Shown here piece by piece: positions 14,202 through 16,931 of a DNA stretch of 16,931 nt (positions are counted from its first letter, which is position 1; the number at the start of each line of letters is the position of its first letter). This DNA comes from Phycisphaeraceae bacterium. Lineage in GTDB: Bacteria; Planctomycetota; Phycisphaerae; Phycisphaerales; Zrk34. Location of the stretch: NCBI GenBank assembly GCA_040905565.1, contig JBBDRF010000040.1, forward strand, positions 1 through 16,931. The letters run 5' to 3'. Made by a program: the position numbers and the translations under genes. The notes below the pieces were generated by a model. It was given only the letters and a program-made list of their open reading frames with translations. It ran no database searches and had not been told where the DNA came from.

Positions 14202-14856
14202 TGGAGCGACGTTTGACGATCCCGTTACGGCACATGCGAACTTCTCGCGGCATCAGGCCTGCTTCCACCGCGACTTTGCCCAGCGTGTACGGCGTAAACC
14301 AGTAGCGGTGGTCGGTGTTGATCAGTTCGCAGCCGCGGGCGGCGGCCCGGCTGTTGTCCAGCGCGAAGGCGTTGGGGACGGTGATGATGATCTGATCGAT
14401 GCAGTGGGCGTAGTGCTCACGGATCGCGGCGAGGAAGGCGACGGGGTTGTCGATGTGTTCGAGCACTTCGCCGAGTACGAGGTAGTCCCACTGGCTCTGC
14501 TGAAGCTCGGGGGCGGGGGCCCTGGTGATATCCGCTGTGAGCACGTCGGTGTAGCCGAGTTTGTCGCGGAGGTAGGCGATGCCCTGCTCGTGGATATCGA
14601 CGCCGAGGCAGCGGTCGGCCACGTCGCACAGCTGCTTGTGGACCCACTTACCTTTGAGCAGCTTCCGCTCGATCATCTCGGTTTCGTGATCGACACAACC
14701 GACGTGGACGATCTGCTTGCCGCGGCAGATTTGTTTAAGCCAATCGATGCGCGAGCGGTAGGATCGGTCCGTGGCGTCGAAGTGGTAGGTGATGGCTTCG
14801 CCGCTGGAGAACCTGTCGCCCTTGAGGTAGGCAACCTGCTCGTCGGTGTATCGCAT
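14125..14856 (-). CDS. Class I SAM-dependent methyltransferase
   Basis: IVHVGC (motif I), LGVDI, ADIT, DYLVLGEVLEHIDNP, IIITVPN. AGGA upstream of the ATG at 14856. Confidence 0.85.
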   Translation of the reverse strand: MRYTDEQVAYLKGDRFSSGEAITYHFDATDRSYRSRIDWLKQICRGKQIVHVGCVDHETEMIERKLLKGKWVHKQLCDVADRCLGVDIHEQGIAYLRDKLGYTDVLTADITRAPAPELQQSQWDYLVLGEVLEHIDNPVAFLAAIREHYAHCIDQIIITVPNAFALDNSRAAARGCELINTDHRYWFTPYTLGKVAVEAGLMPREVRMCRNGIVKRRSIMKNRLMRRRPLNRGGILLIADLGA

Positions 14857-14970
14857 GATGTCGTCTTCCTGGCCGTCTCTTTGATGCACACGACCGCGCG
14901 CGTGGTGGGCGGTCAATCACAGCCGTGCTAACTGTCTCTCGTTCTCTCGTCTCTTGGGAAACCCGCGCTG

Positions 14971-16773
14971 TCAGACGGTGGTGGCTTGGGGGCCGGCGGC
15001 GGGGAGCCAGCGTTTGGAGATCTCAGACGCGGGTGTGTCGGGGTTGGCGTGGCGGATGGCTGCGGCCAACAGGCCCATGAACATCGGCGCGGGGTGCAGG
15101 GGCCTGCCCATCAACTCCGGGTGGAACTGTCCGCCGAGGAAGAACGGATGCTTGTCCGTCGGCAGTTCGAGAATCTGCATGATCGGCTGCTCGGGATGGC
15201 GCCCGGAGAAGATCAGCCCGTTCTGCTCGAGTTGCTCGATGAACTTCGGATCGACCTCGTAGCGATGGCGGAAGCGTTCACGGATGCTTTCGCGGTTGCC
15301 GTAGAGGAACGCAGCGAGCGAGTTGGGGGTGAGCTTGACGTCCTTGCCGCCGAGCCTCATGTTCCCGCCGAGCCCTTCGATTTCCTTCTGTTCAGGGAGG
15401 ATATCGATGACGGCGTTCTTCGCGTGCGGGTCGAACTCGGTGCTGGCGGCGTCGGTGAGGCCGCAGACGTTGCGGGCGTATTCGACGACTGCCATCTGAA
15501 AGCCGAGGCAGATGCCGAGGTAGGGCAGCTGATTCTCACGACAGTACTTCACGCACTGGATTTTGCCCTCGGTGCCGCGGTGCCCGAACCCGCCGGGGAC
15601 GATGACGCCGTCGAGCGGTTCAAGCTGTTCGGCGATGCGCGACGCGTCGACGTTGTCCATCTCCGTCGAATCGAGCCAGTGGATGTTCACGTCCGTCGAC
15701 AGATGAGCGGCACAATGTTCGATGGCTTTGTCGATCGACGCATACGCATCGCGAAGGCCGGCGTACTTGCCGGTGATGCCGAGCTGGATGGAGTATTTGC
15801 GTTTGCCGCTGAGCATGCCGACGAACTTGTTCCACTGGCCGCGGGCCCGATCTTCGAGGGCGGGGCGGACGCGCGAGTGGAGGTTCAGCGTGGTCAGGAT
15901 CTCAAGATCCAGCCCCTCCTGATGCATCGCTTCGGGGACGAGGTAGATCGAATCGCGGTCGTGCATGGAGAAGACACGCCGCATGGGCACGTTGGAGAAC
16001 ATGGCGATCTTCTCACGCACCTTGGGGGAGACGGGGTTGCGCGCCCGGCAGGCGACGATGTGCGGCTGCACGCCGAGCTCCATCATCCGCTTGATGCCCA
16101 GCTGAGCGGCTTTGGACTTCTGCTCGCCGAGCGCCTGCGGTTCGATGACGTAGGTGAGGCCGACGAAACACACGGAGCCCGGGCCCTCTTCAAAGGCCAG
16201 CTCGCGCAGTGCTTCGATGTAGAAAGCATTTTCGAAGTCGCCCACCGTGCCGCCGACTTCGACGAACACGATGTCCGAATCCTGCTTCACGGCGAGTTGG
16301 CGGAGCAGGTACTTCACTTCGCCGGTGACGTGGGGGATCATCTGTACGTCACGGCCGAGGTAGCCGCCGTGGCGTTCTTTATCGAGCACGCGGCGGTAGA
16401 TCTGGCCGGAGGTGGTGAAGCTTTCGCCGGTGAGGTTCTGGTCGAGCATCCGCTCGTAGGTGCCCAGATCCATGTCGGTTTCCATGCCGTCGTCGAGGAC
16501 AAACACTTCGCCGTGGCGGTAGGGGTTGAGCGTGCCTGAATCGATATTCAGGTAGCCTTCCATTTTCATGGGCGAAACGCGAAGACCTTTGTCTTTGAGA
16601 AGTTTCGCGACGGAAGAGGCAAAAATTCCTTTGCCCAGGCCGCTCATCACGGTGCCCATCACGACGACATATTTGTGTCGGCCGCGCTGGTAACCATCTG
16701 GAAGAGGTGAATAGAACTCGGTTTCCGTGCTGGAGTGACCGGCTTCGGAGAGGATGTCATTTTCGACGGGCAT
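14971..16773 (-). CDS. pyrG: CTP synthase
   Basis: GTVMSGLGKG, HGEVFVLDDG-ETDMDLGTYER, YLGRDVQMIPHVT, EVGGTVGD, VPGGFG, GICLG (catalytic Cys), RHRYE, QFHPE. Start taken as the ATG at 16773. Confidence 0.97.
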   Translation of the reverse strand: MPVENDILSEAGHSSTETEFYSPLPDGYQRGRHKYVVVMGTVMSGLGKGIFASSVAKLLKDKGLRVSPMKMEGYLNIDSGTLNPYRHGEVFVLDDGMETDMDLGTYERMLDQNLTGESFTTSGQIYRRVLDKERHGGYLGRDVQMIPHVTGEVKYLLRQLAVKQDSDIVFVEVGGTVGDFENAFYIEALRELAFEEGPGSVCFVGLTYVIEPQALGEQKSKAAQLGIKRMMELGVQPHIVACRARNPVSPKVREKIAMFSNVPMRRVFSMHDRDSIYLVPEAMHQEGLDLEILTTLNLHSRVRPALEDRARGQWNKFVGMLSGKRKYSIQLGITGKYAGLRDAYASIDKAIEHCAAHLSTDVNIHWLDSTEMDNVDASRIAEQLEPLDGVIVPGGFGHRGTEGKIQCVKYCRENQLPYLGICLGFQMAVVEYARNVCGLTDAASTEFDPHAKNAVIDILPEQKEIEGLGGNMRLGGKDVKLTPNSLAAFLYGNRESIRERFRHRYEVDPKFIEQLEQNGLIFSGRHPEQPIMQILELPTDKHPFFLGGQFHPELMGRPLHPAPMFMGLLAAAIRHANPDTPASEISKRWLPAAGPQATTV

Positions 16774-16908
16774 ATCCCTATGTACCACGTAACGACAGCA
16801 TTTGGCAAGGGCAGAGCTTGCCTTCCGCCTCGCGTCAGCCGCCTGGTTTGCTGGCCCTTTCGGGAGATGATAGGACGCGCGGGGCGACGGGACCACGCGT
16901 GAGAAGCT

Positions 16909-16931
16909 TTGAATAGCCGCGACGCTACGCG
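16909..16931. repeat. REP-like palindrome, family A, copy 2 (truncated by window edge)
   Basis: TTGAATAGCCGCGACGCTACGCG, an inverted 20/22 match to 1136-1157. Confidence 0.65.

Noticed and set aside
2309..16539. Other long antisense or alternative-frame ORFs (e.g. 2309-3157, 5683-6639, 6771-7859, 10052-11254, 13876-14931, 14986-16539)
   Set aside because: Each overlaps a well-supported gene and lacks family motifs.
16800..16865. pyrG leader GCAAACCAGGCGGCTGACGCGAGGC, resembling a c-di-GMP-I riboswitch core
   Set aside because: It lacks the GNRA-capped P2 stem of proper length and the tetraloop receptor/P3. An Rfam RF01051 search would settle it.
1..16931. CRISPR array, tRNA/rRNA, transposase, toxin-antitoxin or anti-phage system
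   Set aside because: No regularly spaced direct repeats, RNA-gene signatures or matching protein motifs were seen.

Overview
GC-rich bacterial chromosomal segment, probably Planctomycetota. This is inferred from the HTH_17+receiver regulator, a Tat-exported DUF1080 protein, the HU-like subtype, the sulfotransferases and the REP styles. Gene order: parA-like (-, runs off the left edge and is absent from the ORF track); TM-type tRNase Z-like hydrolase (+); a minus-strand run read right to left as DUF1080, bamA, skp, plsY, HU-like, HTH-receiver regulator, quinone oxidoreductase-like MDR; glutathione-independent formaldehyde dehydrogenase fdhA (+); two sulfotransferases and a GT4 glycosyltransferase (+); a convergent SAM methyltransferase; and pyrG (-). 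I see no rRNA, tRNA, CRISPR array, transposase or defence system. Most genes are housekeeping. The best leads are non-coding: four unrelated REP/REPIN-like palindromic elements (one encloses a perfect IHF-type consensus, one shows a compensatory base change between copies 15.8 kb apart) and a ~95-nt nested stem directly before the fdhA RBS. Protein-level leads are an Asp-to-Glu pseudo-receiver, a sulfotransferase with an altered PAPS loop, and a long disordered ParA tail containing a tandem DNA dyad. I cannot support a wholly new system from the sequence alone.
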